Part shown: positions 40,753 through 48,586 of the stretch, one piece after another
Layout: every line of letters begins with the position of its first letter
Position numbering within the stretch: position 1 is the stretch's first letter
Origin: an uncultured Bacilli bacterium
GTDB lineage: Bacteria > Bacillota_I > Bacilli_A > RF39 > UBA660
NCBI GenBank assembly: GCA_944358695.1
Contig: CALVRM010000032.1
Coordinates: 13,014-77,013 of the forward strand
DNA: 64,000 nucleotides
Reading direction: 5' to 3'
The notes under the pieces: generated by a model
What the model was told of the DNA's origin: nothing
Database searches by the model: none
What the model saw: only the letters and a program-made list of their open reading frames with translations
Made by a program: the position numbers and the translations under genes

Positions 40753-41445
40753 ATGAAATGGAACCAAAAAAATTATAACGAGTTAATTCAATATCTATAT
40801 AATAACGCAGATACAAAATACCGAAATTTCAATAAAAAGCTTTTAAATAACGATAAAGAAATGGTTATAGGTATAAGAATACCACAGCTAAGGAAAATCG
40901 CTAAATACATCGCTAAAAACGATTATCAGGGGTTTTTAAAATATAATACTCATACTACTCATGAAGAAAAGCTCTTGCATGGACTTGTTATAGGTTATCT
41001 AAAAGTTGATAGTAAAGAAATTCTCAAAGAAATTGATTCTTTTATGGGCTATAATAATAACTGGGCTATTAATGATACAACAGCTAATAACTTGAAAATA
41101 TTTAAAAGCATTCCTATAAACCATATCGATAAATATTTAGAATCAAACAATCCCTGGGAAATAAGATTTGGTCTAACTTTACTGCTAAACCATTATATTT
41201 GTGAAGAAAATATTGATAAAATTTTAAAAGTATGCGATAATGTAAAGCATAACGATTACTATGTAAAAATGGCCAACGCTTGGTTAATATCGATCTGTTA
41301 TATTTTGTTTCCTAAAAAAACATCAAAACTTTTAAAAAATAATCATCTCGATAAATTCACTTTCAACAAAGCCATTAGTAAAATTTGTGACTCATTTCGT
41401 GTTAACAAAGATGATAAAAATTATCTAAAAACTTTAAGAAGATAG
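40753..41445 (+). CDS. DNA alkylation repair protein (AlkD/HEAT-repeat family)
   Basis: 230-aa helical-repeat protein. The N-terminus (ADTKYRNFNKKLLNNDKEMVIGIRIPQLRKIAK) resembles this family. Recollection-level assignment. Confidence 0.6.
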   Translation: MKWNQKNYNELIQYLYNNADTKYRNFNKKLLNNDKEMVIGIRIPQLRKIAKYIAKNDYQGFLKYNTHTTHEEKLLHGLVIGYLKVDSKEILKEIDSFMGYNNNWAINDTTANNLKIFKSIPINHIDKYLESNNPWEIRFGLTLLLNHYICEENIDKILKVCDNVKHNDYYVKMANAWLISICYILFPKKTSKLLKNNHLDKFTFNKAISKICDSFRVNKDDKNYLKTLRR

Positions 41446-41455
41446 GGGAGAAGCT

Positions 41456-42283
41456 ATGCAAGAAGTTATTATAGATACTATTATTGATGGAATAAAGCTA
41501 TTACCATTTTTATTCATTGCTTTTTTAATCATTGAACTAGTCGAACATAAATTATCCAGTAAAAGCCAAAAAGCAATTGAAAAATCAGGGAAGTTTGGAC
41601 CTATTATAGGTAGTACATTAGGACTAATCCCTCAGTGTGGATTTTCAGTCGTAGCTACAAATTTGTATGTGACCAGAATAATTAGCCTCGGAACATTAAT
41701 CGCTGTTTATCTTTCTACAAGTGATGAAATGTTGCCGATCTTAATTGCTGAACATGCTAGTGCTACCACCATTATACAAATATTAATTATAAAATTCATT
41801 GTTGGTATTATTTTTGGATTTATTATTGATTTATTCGTAAAGAAACAAGATAATTTTAATTACCATATTTGTAATCACGATCATTGTGATTGCCAAAATA
41901 GTCTTATAAAATCAAGTTTTAAACATACGATGAAAACATTTTTATTTATTTTTGTTATAACGTTAATTTTAAATTTTACTTTTTACTATATCGGCGATGA
42001 GACATTAAAAAATCTTTTTACTCAAGATAATTGGTTTACGCCATTTATAACTAGTTTAATTGGTTTAATACCTAACTGTGCTTCCAGTGTAATCATCACT
42101 GAATTATATCTAAATGACATATTAGCTATTGGCTCAACAATCGCTGGGCTATTAACCGGAAGTGGAGTAGCTTTACTTGTTTTATTTAAAACCAATAAAA
42201 ATCTCAAAGAAAACATCAAAATTGTTAGCTTATTATATTTAATTGGAACCGCCGTCGGAATAATTAGTGAAATATTAGTATGA
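41456..42283 (+). CDS. putative metal permease (ArsP_2-like 10-TM protein)
   Basis: Duplicated motifs LIPQCGFSVVATNLY and LIPNCASSVIITELY, plus a His/Cys-rich loop HICNHDHCDC. Confidence 0.5.
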   Translation: MQEVIIDTIIDGIKLLPFLFIAFLIIELVEHKLSSKSQKAIEKSGKFGPIIGSTLGLIPQCGFSVVATNLYVTRIISLGTLIAVYLSTSDEMLPILIAEHASATTIIQILIIKFIVGIIFGFIIDLFVKKQDNFNYHICNHDHCDCQNSLIKSSFKHTMKTFLFIFVITLILNFTFYYIGDETLKNLFTQDNWFTPFITSLIGLIPNCASSVIITELYLNDILAIGSTIAGLLTGSGVALLVLFKTNKNLKENIKIVSLLYLIGTAVGIISEILV

Positions 42284-42334
42284 ATCGTTCATACTTTTTT
42301 TGATTTTAATTCATATATTTATAGTGGTGATATC

Positions 42335-43090
42335 ATGTCCGATACAGTAATACCATTTATTCTTACTTTTATTGCAGGATTTTCAACATTAATTGGAACC
42401 ATTTTCATTTTTTTTAAATGTAATATTACTAAATTAACCAAATATGCTTTAGCTTTTGCAGCAGGCGTTATGGTTTGTGTTTCATTTACTGATTTACTGC
42501 CTGAATCTTTAAATTTATTTCTTAAAAACAACGTTAAAATTACAGCTTTTTCCTTGGTATTATGTTTTATTATTATTGGATTGATAATATCAGCCTTAAT
42601 TGATAAAATGATTCCTGAAAACAATAAAGCTAATGATAAAAAGATTTATAAAGTCGGCATTTTTTCAATGATTGCTATTATTATTCACAATATTCCAGAA
42701 GGAATCGCCACCTTTTTATCATCAAGCACTAGTTTAAGTCTTGGTATAACTTTGACTGTTGCTATCGCTTTACACAATATCCCTGAAGGTATAAGTATTT
42801 CTATTCCAATTTATAAAGCCACTGGTAATAAAAAGAAGGCTTTTATTTACACTTTAATCTCTGGTATGGCAGAACCCTTTGGTGCTTTTCTTGCTTTCTT
42901 TTTTCTAAAACCAATTATTAATGATAATATCATGGGTGGACTGCTGTCAATAATTGCCGGAATAATGATTCATATTAGTTTACTACAAATGTTACCCACT
43001 TCTTTAAAATACAAAGAGAAGGGGAGTAGTTTCCTTTTCTTTATTATTGGTCTTTCTTTTATGTTATTGAGTCATTATTTAATGAAATAA
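42335..43090 (+). CDS. zupT: ZIP-family zinc transporter
   Basis: Duplicated HNIPEGIA / HNIPEGIS motifs and 8 TM segments. Confidence 0.85.
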   Translation: MSDTVIPFILTFIAGFSTLIGTIFIFFKCNITKLTKYALAFAAGVMVCVSFTDLLPESLNLFLKNNVKITAFSLVLCFIIIGLIISALIDKMIPENNKANDKKIYKVGIFSMIAIIIHNIPEGIATFLSSSTSLSLGITLTVAIALHNIPEGISISIPIYKATGNKKKAFIYTLISGMAEPFGAFLAFFFLKPIINDNIMGGLLSIIAGIMIHISLLQMLPTSLKYKEKGSSFLFFIIGLSFMLLSHYLMK

Positions 43091-43174
43091 TAAATTATCT
43101 ATAATTAAAAAACTCCAATTTATTTTCAAATAGTTGAAGTTTTACAAGAAGATATAATATCGTTTTAATAAATT

Positions 43175-43507
43175 TCATTTTAATAAGAGAGCAAAATAAG
43201 ACAAACATACAGCAATCACCGAAACAACATATGGGAATAACTGGAAAATATGACTTTTATGTCGATAAAATATAGCTTCAAGTTTTATAATGTCCTCATA
43301 AGACAACTTAAAAGGCAAAAACAAGGTGTAATTTTTTACAATAGATAAAACATTACGCACAATATCTATTGAGACACCCGTTTATTGCGAAATCGTTTTT
43401 AAAGTAAAAATAGTATTAGAATTTACATAAAATTTCCTAATAAGATATTCAATAACGTCATAATATTTATTTATATCGTTTAAATCTTTTTTTCGTATAA
43501 AAAGCAT
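43175..43507 (-). pseudogene. 110-codon frame interrupted by one in-frame TAA (43382-43384)
   Basis: ATG 43507 follows GGAGGCTAATTTT. 41 codons run to a TAA, then the same frame continues into ORF 43175-43360, which has a C-terminal TM. Confidence 0.3.
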
Positions 43508-43528
43508 AAAATTAGCCTCCTTATTATT

Positions 43529-43593
43529 AAAAAACACTCCATTCAAAGTAGAAGTGCATAATTGTATAAATTAACAAGTTAACATAATATATA
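43529..43593. repeat. 65-bp direct repeat, left copy (attL side)
   Basis: Identical to 49863-49927 (AAAAAACACTCCATTCAAAGTAGAAGTGCATAATTGTATAAATTAACAAGTTAACATAATATATA). Confidence 0.9.
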
Positions 43594-43604
43594 CAGCTAC
43601 TTTA
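43577..43604. other. hybrid half-dif site at left junction
   Basis: AGTTAACATAA-TATATA-CAGCTACTTTA. The first 17 nt are identical to the right site. The last 11 nt are unrelated to a XerC arm. Confidence 0.5.
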
Positions 43605-43631
43605 TTAATAGTTTACTTAATATAAAATTAC

Positions 43632-43868
43632 TTACACATCTTTCCTAATTAAATCCTTAACTTGAAACTTATCTTTTGTCTCTTCATTTATAAAAAATAT
43701 TTTATAGCCACAATTATTGGCTATTTTTTCAATTGTGTCAAAATCAATTTGACGCTGTTCATTTTCGTATCTGGATAAACTTTGTTGATTTATTTTTATA
43801 ATTAAACTCATTTGTTCTTGACTTAGTTTTTTTTGTCTTCTCATATATTTTAAGGTTTTACCTATCAT
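43632..43868 (-). CDS. XRE-family HTH repressor (prophage)
   Basis: 78 aa. LSQEQMSLIIKINQQSLSRYENEQRQIDFDTIEKIA is a Cro/CI-type HTH. Divergent from the phage structural module. Confidence 0.8.
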   Translation of the reverse strand: MIGKTLKYMRRQKKLSQEQMSLIIKINQQSLSRYENEQRQIDFDTIEKIANNCGYKIFFINEETKDKFQVKDLIRKDV

Positions 43869-43890
43869 AATATATCACCTTGATTAAAAT

Positions 43891-43972
43891 ATACCATTTT
43901 GGCGTATTCTTGTCTTGACATACACCAAATCGGTGTGATATTATTTAAGTATGGGTACGCCATTATGGTGTA
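43891..43972. promoter_or_regulatory. divergent promoter/operator region of the prophage switch
   Basis: Three related palindromes: ATACC-ATTTT-GGCGTAT (43891-43907), TACACC-AAATC-GGTGTG (43921-43937) and TACGCC-ATTAT-GGTGTA (43956-43972). TTGACA (43915-43920) and TATTAT (43939-43944) form a rightward promoter with the second palindrome in its spacer. Confidence 0.55.
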
Positions 43973-43987
43973 TAAAGGTGGTGATAT

Positions 43988-44059
43988 ATGGAAAATATAT
44001 TTGAAGTTCTTGATGAAATAATTCAAGAATATGAAAATTACTATAATTTAACACATTAG
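43988..44059 (+). CDS. 23-aa acidic ORF (prophage)
   Basis: MENIFEVLDEIIQEYENYYNLTH, with the ATG after AAAGGTGGTGA. Too short to verify. Confidence 0.3.
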   Translation: MENIFEVLDEIIQEYENYYNLTH

Positions 44060-44073
44060 AAGGGGAGAAAGAA

Positions 44074-44169
44074 ATGTATTTATGGTTATTTTTAATAATT
44101 TATTTATCTAGTTTACTAGCTTATATTACATGTGCAATAATTATTAAATATTTAGAAAGTAGAAGATAG
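44074..44169 (+). CDS. 31-aa single-TM ORF (prophage)
   Basis: MYLWLFLIIYLSSLLAYITCAIIIKYLESRR, with the ATG after AAGGGGAG. Confidence 0.3.
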   Translation: MYLWLFLIIYLSSLLAYITCAIIIKYLESRR

Positions 44170-44180
44170 GAGGAATAAAT

Positions 44181-44480
44181 TTGAAAGATATATTAGCTCA
44201 AATTATAAATTTTGATGAAAAGAAGATTGTAGACAAGGATACTGGTAAAGTTACTATTATGTATGAAGTAAATTATGCTGTTAAAACTGATCCATATAAA
44301 GGTCATTATGGACCTACTATTTTAACTAGTTATGCGAGTGAGGGTGCTTTTAAAATATTAAATGAAAAAATTAATAAAGCAGTTAAGATTGATTTAATTG
44401 ATAAACCTATTTTTGGAAAAGTCAATACATTTAAAAAGGTTGTATCAAAAATTGACGGTGTTGACGTACGCAATTTTTAG
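44181..44480 (+). CDS. 99-aa prophage protein, positional candidate for the ssDNA-binding protein
   Basis: TTG start after TAGGAGGAATAAAT. Its size and position, before the coat gene, match inovirus gene V. No sequence motif supports this. Confidence 0.35.
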   Translation: MKDILAQIINFDEKKIVDKDTGKVTIMYEVNYAVKTDPYKGHYGPTILTSYASEGAFKILNEKINKAVKIDLIDKPIFGKVNTFKKVVSKIDGVDVRNF

Positions 44481-44705
44481 TAATTTATAAAACTGAACAC
44501 GGTTTTGTACCAAGAATTTTAAAAAACGCTATATTTTATAGAGTTGGTGAGCATATTGGTAATGGTTGGATAATAGTTAGTATTCAAAGATTATATCAAG
44601 GTGTTTTCATTGATAATGATAAATATATTGAATTTGTTTATTATTCACATAAAGAGAAAAAGAAAACTAAATTAAGAAAGATATTTGAAATTATTTTTGA
44701 TAAAT
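44465..44705 (+). CDS. 80-codon open frame with no ATG/GTG/TTG, in the -1 frame relative to the preceding ORF
   Basis: Reads RTQFLVIYKTEHGFVPRILKNAIFYRVGEHIGNGWIIVSIQRLYQGVFIDNDKYIEFVYYSHKEKKKTKLRKIFEIIFDK. The frame overlaps the T5 run plus TAG at 44474-44480. Confidence 0.4.
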
Positions 44706-44825
44706 AAATTAAAAAGGTTATATTAAAGTAGGGGAGGGGTTTTATTGAACCGCGTAAGCGGTTATTTTACGGCGTAGCCGCAGGGAGGAAGAGGAAGGGT
44801 ACTAGGATTGAAAGGAGGGTTTCTG

Positions 44826-45005
44826 TTGAACTTTTTAGAAACAACTGCATCTTCAGCATCAGCTTTCGATTTTTCAACATTAGATTTCAGTTCATTAATT
44901 CCCACTTTAACAGCAGCTTTAGCAGTAGCACTACCAATTTGTGTTGGTATATTTGCTATTAAAAAAGGTGTTACATGGGTAATGAGTTTTGTAAAACGCT
45001 CTTAA
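44826..45005 (+). CDS. major coat protein candidate (pVIII-like)
   Basis: 59 aa from TTG 44826, which follows AAAGGAGGG. It has an acidic/Ser-rich N-terminus, one hydrophobic helix (LIPTLTAALAVALPICVGIFAI) and a basic tail (KKGVTWVMSFVKRS). Confidence 0.55.
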   Translation: MNFLETTASSASAFDFSTLDFSSLIPTLTAALAVALPICVGIFAIKKGVTWVMSFVKRS

Positions 45006-45008
45006 GTT

Positions 45009-45158
45009 ATGAGGAGTTATATAGTATTGCTCCTCAACGGGGAGAACGAGCGTGAGGAACTATATAATAGTTTAGAAGTTGCAATTGTATTTATCCTTTC
45101 AATCCTATATAAAAAACTAGAAATTAAAGAAGTTAGGGGGTGTCCGTTTTGCGATTAA
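45009..45158 (+). CDS. 49-aa ORF with one short hydrophobic segment (possible minor coat protein)
   Basis: MRSYIVLLLNGENEREELYNSLEVAIVFILSILYKKLEIKEVRGCPFCD. It has no SD and its start abuts the coat-gene stop. Low support. Confidence 0.2.
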   Translation: MRSYIVLLLNGENEREELYNSLEVAIVFILSILYKKLEIKEVRGCPFCD

Positions 45159-45925
45159 AATTTATGTTTCCTATATTACTGTTTTTTTTATTTCCCACTT
45201 TATCTAAAGCAGATACCCCCAACTTAAATATTGATTACACATATTATTCTAAGAGTTTTCATGAAAATTTTAAAAATGATATAGCCTCAATTTTAGATAG
45301 TAATGATTTTGATTTTGTTATTTATGACAGTTCTTCAACACTGCAAAATCAACACGCTAATTTATATTACTTTCCAAAGTCTCAATCACAAGATTTAGAA
45401 ATTGTTTATTATACTGATGGTACATATTATTATCTAACTTTTTATAATAAGGGTACTGAATCAATAAAATATTCAATTTGTGATGTTTATTCTAATTATT
45501 ATGAAGGTGATAGTAGTTCTTTTGGTTCTTTAGCTAGTTGTATAAATAATATCGATAATTTTGAAACTAAAAGTATGAATTTACGACCCAATAGTTATGC
45601 AACAAATGGAGGTTTCTTTTATAGTTACCATATTCAAAATGAACGACAAATGAATTATCCTTATTATATTTCTAATAAAAGTATACCTTTAAATATTTCT
45701 GAAGAAATACAAGTTAAATTTTCTAATGAAGAAATAATAACTCCTACCAGTGCTAAGGATATATTTTATGCAAATCACATTGAATTAAATGATGATGTAT
45801 TAAATGATTCAAATGAAGAAATTTTATTTTTTGTAAGAGCCATATTTTATTTGCTTTTTTCGATAGTTTTAGTAATACTATTTAAATTGATATTTAAATT
45901 TCTGAAATTTTTAATACCATTTTAG
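45149..45925 (+). CDS. secreted, C-terminally anchored prophage protein (minor coat/adsorption candidate)
   Basis: TTG 45149 follows AGGGGG. Signal peptide MRLKFMFPILLFFLFPTLSKA and a C-terminal TM (IFYLLFSIVLVILFKLIF). Confidence 0.5.
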   Translation: MRLKFMFPILLFFLFPTLSKADTPNLNIDYTYYSKSFHENFKNDIASILDSNDFDFVIYDSSSTLQNQHANLYYFPKSQSQDLEIVYYTDGTYYYLTFYNKGTESIKYSICDVYSNYYEGDSSSFGSLASCINNIDNFETKSMNLRPNSYATNGGFFYSYHIQNERQMNYPYYISNKSIPLNISEEIQVKFSNEEIITPTSAKDIFYANHIELNDDVLNDSNEEILFFVRAIFYLLFSIVLVILFKLIFKFLKFLIPF

Positions 45926-45936
45926 GAGGGCAAAAA

Positions 45937-47337
45937 ATGAAAAAGATTATATTTACATTATTATTAATTTTTTCTGCTTTTGGTTCTGCTTCTGCACAAG
46001 AAAAAACATTTACTCTAGATTACACCGAAGATATTACGTCCTTCTTTGAGTATGAAGCCCCATATGTGAATGGTACTATTGAAACTGCAATTAATAAGGC
46101 TATTGAATATTATAAAAATAAAAACAAAAATTTTATTGTTGCAATATACCCATATGAAAATAGTTTTAGTTTATATTTTTATAACGATATAAATGATGTT
46201 AGTTTTTCAAATCGTTATGATGCTGAAAATGAACAATATCTTTCTTCTTTCTATACTATTTCAGGAGAAACAATCGACTATTGTAATTTTTCTAATTTTA
46301 GTAGTCCCTTTTCTTCATGGGAAGAGGAGTTACAACGTTGTGATGAAAATTCAAGTTCTTTTTACACTGGATTTACTTTTTCTCCAGAATTTAAAATTAA
46401 TGAATATCAAGGCGTAATTCCATACTATTCAACTTTTAAAATCTCTGAAGTTGATGAAGATCAAGACTATATTTTAAATGTACATTCTGAATATGGAAAC
46501 TTTGAACCTACTACATTAAATAATTTAAATTATTTAATGTATTATAACTATTATAGTGGTGATATTGAACAAGAAATGTTACCTACTGTTAAATATAAAA
46601 TTGGTTCAAAGGAACTTGAAGAAAAAACTAAAAAAATTAAAAGAATATATTTAAGGGCAGATATTTCTGAGATAGATTACACTAAATATAAATATGAATA
46701 TTCAATTGATAGTGGCAATACTTTTCAACTTTATGAAGATAAAGAGACTTACGTTTTTAACATAGAAGAAAATACAACAGTCATTTTTAAAATATCATTT
46801 AATGAAAATCCTTCTTTATTTAAAACATATAGTTTTGTTGTTGACGGCATTGGTAAAGATAATAGTTATTATGATGTAGCAGAAGGTAAATATAATCCTA
46901 ATTTAGATAATAACAAAGATGAAAATTTTTGGGATATATTAGAAGGTGGAGTTGAATCCATAATGGACTTTTTAGGTGATACTTTAAATTCTTATAAATC
47001 TTACGTATCTGATTCTTTTCCGATTTTAGGGCAAATAGGTGATATATTTAATGCTTTCAACATTGATAGAAATAAATATGAAACTATATGTATTTCTCCC
47101 AATACGGAAGAAGGATTTCAACATATGACAGATTTTGAACATGATTATTGTCCAACCGATTTTACTATTGATTTTGGTTTTATTTTTAACGATGGATTTA
47201 CCCACGAACTTACCATTCTTGACTTAAGTTCCTTTGAAAAATATAGAAATACTATTTTTACCATGATTAAAATATTTATAGGTGTTTTAACCTTCTTCAA
47301 AGTAATTAAAATATTGGAGGTGACTTTTAAACGGTGA
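45937..47337 (+). CDS. secreted, C-terminally anchored prophage protein (pIII-like adsorption candidate)
   Basis: Signal peptide MKKIIFTLLLIFSAFGSASA, 466 aa, C-terminal TM (IFTMIKIFIGVLTFFKVI). This is the pIII topology. Confidence 0.5.
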   Translation: MKKIIFTLLLIFSAFGSASAQEKTFTLDYTEDITSFFEYEAPYVNGTIETAINKAIEYYKNKNKNFIVAIYPYENSFSLYFYNDINDVSFSNRYDAENEQYLSSFYTISGETIDYCNFSNFSSPFSSWEEELQRCDENSSSFYTGFTFSPEFKINEYQGVIPYYSTFKISEVDEDQDYILNVHSEYGNFEPTTLNNLNYLMYYNYYSGDIEQEMLPTVKYKIGSKELEEKTKKIKRIYLRADISEIDYTKYKYEYSIDSGNTFQLYEDKETYVFNIEENTTVIFKISFNENPSLFKTYSFVVDGIGKDNSYYDVAEGKYNPNLDNNKDENFWDILEGGVESIMDFLGDTLNSYKSYVSDSFPILGQIGDIFNAFNIDRNKYETICISPNTEEGFQHMTDFEHDYCPTDFTIDFGFIFNDGFTHELTILDLSSFEKYRNTIFTMIKIFIGVLTFFKVIKILEVTFKR

Positions 47338-47639
47338 ATAACGATTTAAAAAACGAAAGAGGATTTGCTATTTCCGCTTTAATTCCAATAATTATATCAG
47401 TCATAATGTTTTTGTTTATTTTACCCATTTTATGGCAGGTTTTTGGTTTTGAACCAGTAAAGTTACCTGACGAACTTGTGGACTTTGTAGGTAAAATAAA
47501 ATACTTAGTTTATATGGTTGCTTACTTTATTCCTATCGAATTCATTCTAGGTTGCATAATTATTATATTGCTTGCGAGGAATGCTAATATTTTCTTCTCG
47601 CTTATTAATTTTATAATGCGGAAACTAGGTGGTAATTAA
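47334..47639 (+). CDS. small 3-TM prophage membrane protein (pVI-like position)
   Basis: The GTG start overlaps the upstream stop codon. 101 aa with three hydrophobic helices. Confidence 0.4.
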   Translation: MNNDLKNERGFAISALIPIIISVIMFLFILPILWQVFGFEPVKLPDELVDFVGKIKYLVYMVAYFIPIEFILGCIIIILLARNANIFFSLINFIMRKLGGN

Positions 47640-48586
47640 TGTTTGATGTAGGAGCTATATTTAGTGGTTTAATGCATGGAATTGCTACAATGCTTTTATC
47701 TTTCTTAAAACTACTAATACCCGTTTTTATTGCTATTATAATTCTCATACTGATAATTGCATTCTTTTATTTAAAGTACCGATTTGTTGACGGCATAAGA
47801 CCTAAACTTTTTAAATTACCCTATAAATTTAAATATAAAGGCAAAAATTATGTTATTCTAATGCCCGCGACTAGGAATACTAAAAAAGATGGTTTCTTTA
47901 AAAATATATTTTATCTCTTTCCTAAGCAACTAGCTTATGATTTAATTAATCAAGATCCTAATAGTTTCGATAAATTCGGTATTCATATGGTAGTAGGGGA
48001 GCAAGGTAGTGGTAAAACAATGACAGTCGCTTATTTGCTTCAAACTTGGAAGAAAAAATATCCCTTAATGCGTATTTATACTAATATGGCGTATAAATAT
48101 GAAGATGGCGAACTTATTACATGGAAACATCTTTTAGAACATAATAATAGTATTTATGGCATTGCCAATGTTATAGATGAAACTAAAACATGGTGGTCTA
48201 ATAAAGAATCTAAAGATGTTCCTCCTGAAATTTTAGGGGAAATTTGTCAGCAACGTAAACAAAAGAAAGCTACAATAGGTACAGTGCAAGTTTTTAGTGA
48301 ACTTGCTAAACCTTTTAGGTCTCAATGTCATTTTATTTATGTTCCTCATACCATTTTTGGGTGTCTTACGATAGTATTTAAAACTAAAGCTAAATATTAT
48401 GACTCTGAAAATGATACATTTAAAAAATATTGTGGTTTCTTTTTATTCGCACATACAAAACAATTACGTGAAAGTTATGATACTTATAAGAAAATTGAAA
48501 AATATAAAGAAGTTGATTTTGATGTAAGTAGTTACTTCGATTCTTGGGGACAGGCCCCATCGGTGGGGGCGTCCCAAGATGAGTAA
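47639..48586 (+). CDS. membrane-anchored P-loop ATPase, Zot/pI-like morphogenesis protein candidate
   Basis: N-terminal TM, Walker A GEQGSGKT and Walker B-like ANVIDE. It sits after the coat genes and overlaps the Rep start. Confidence 0.55.
   Translation: MFDVGAIFSGLMHGIATMLLSFLKLLIPVFIAIIILILIIAFFYLKYRFVDGIRPKLFKLPYKFKYKGKNYVILMPATRNTKKDGFFKNIFYLFPKQLAYDLINQDPNSFDKFGIHMVVGEQGSGKTMTVAYLLQTWKKKYPLMRIYTNMAYKYEDGELITWKHLLEHNNSIYGIANVIDETKTWWSNKESKDVPPEILGEICQQRKQKKATIGTVQVFSELAKPFRSQCHFIYVPHTIFGCLTIVFKTKAKYYDSENDTFKKYCGFFLFAHTKQLRESYDTYKKIEKYKEVDFDVSSYFDSWGQAPSVGASQDE

Noticed and set aside
43529-43593. The 65-bp direct repeat as the 3' end of a tRNA/tmRNA gene (the classical integrase att site).
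   Set aside because: No cloverleaf, T-loop (GTTCGAAT-like) or CCA-proximal acceptor stem can be drawn in or next to the repeat. The element also encodes no integrase.
44748-44780. GC-rich hairpins in the prophage as a tRNA or small structured RNA gene.
   Set aside because: There are only two short stem-loops with no further tRNA-like arms. An origin or packaging signal is the more economical reading.
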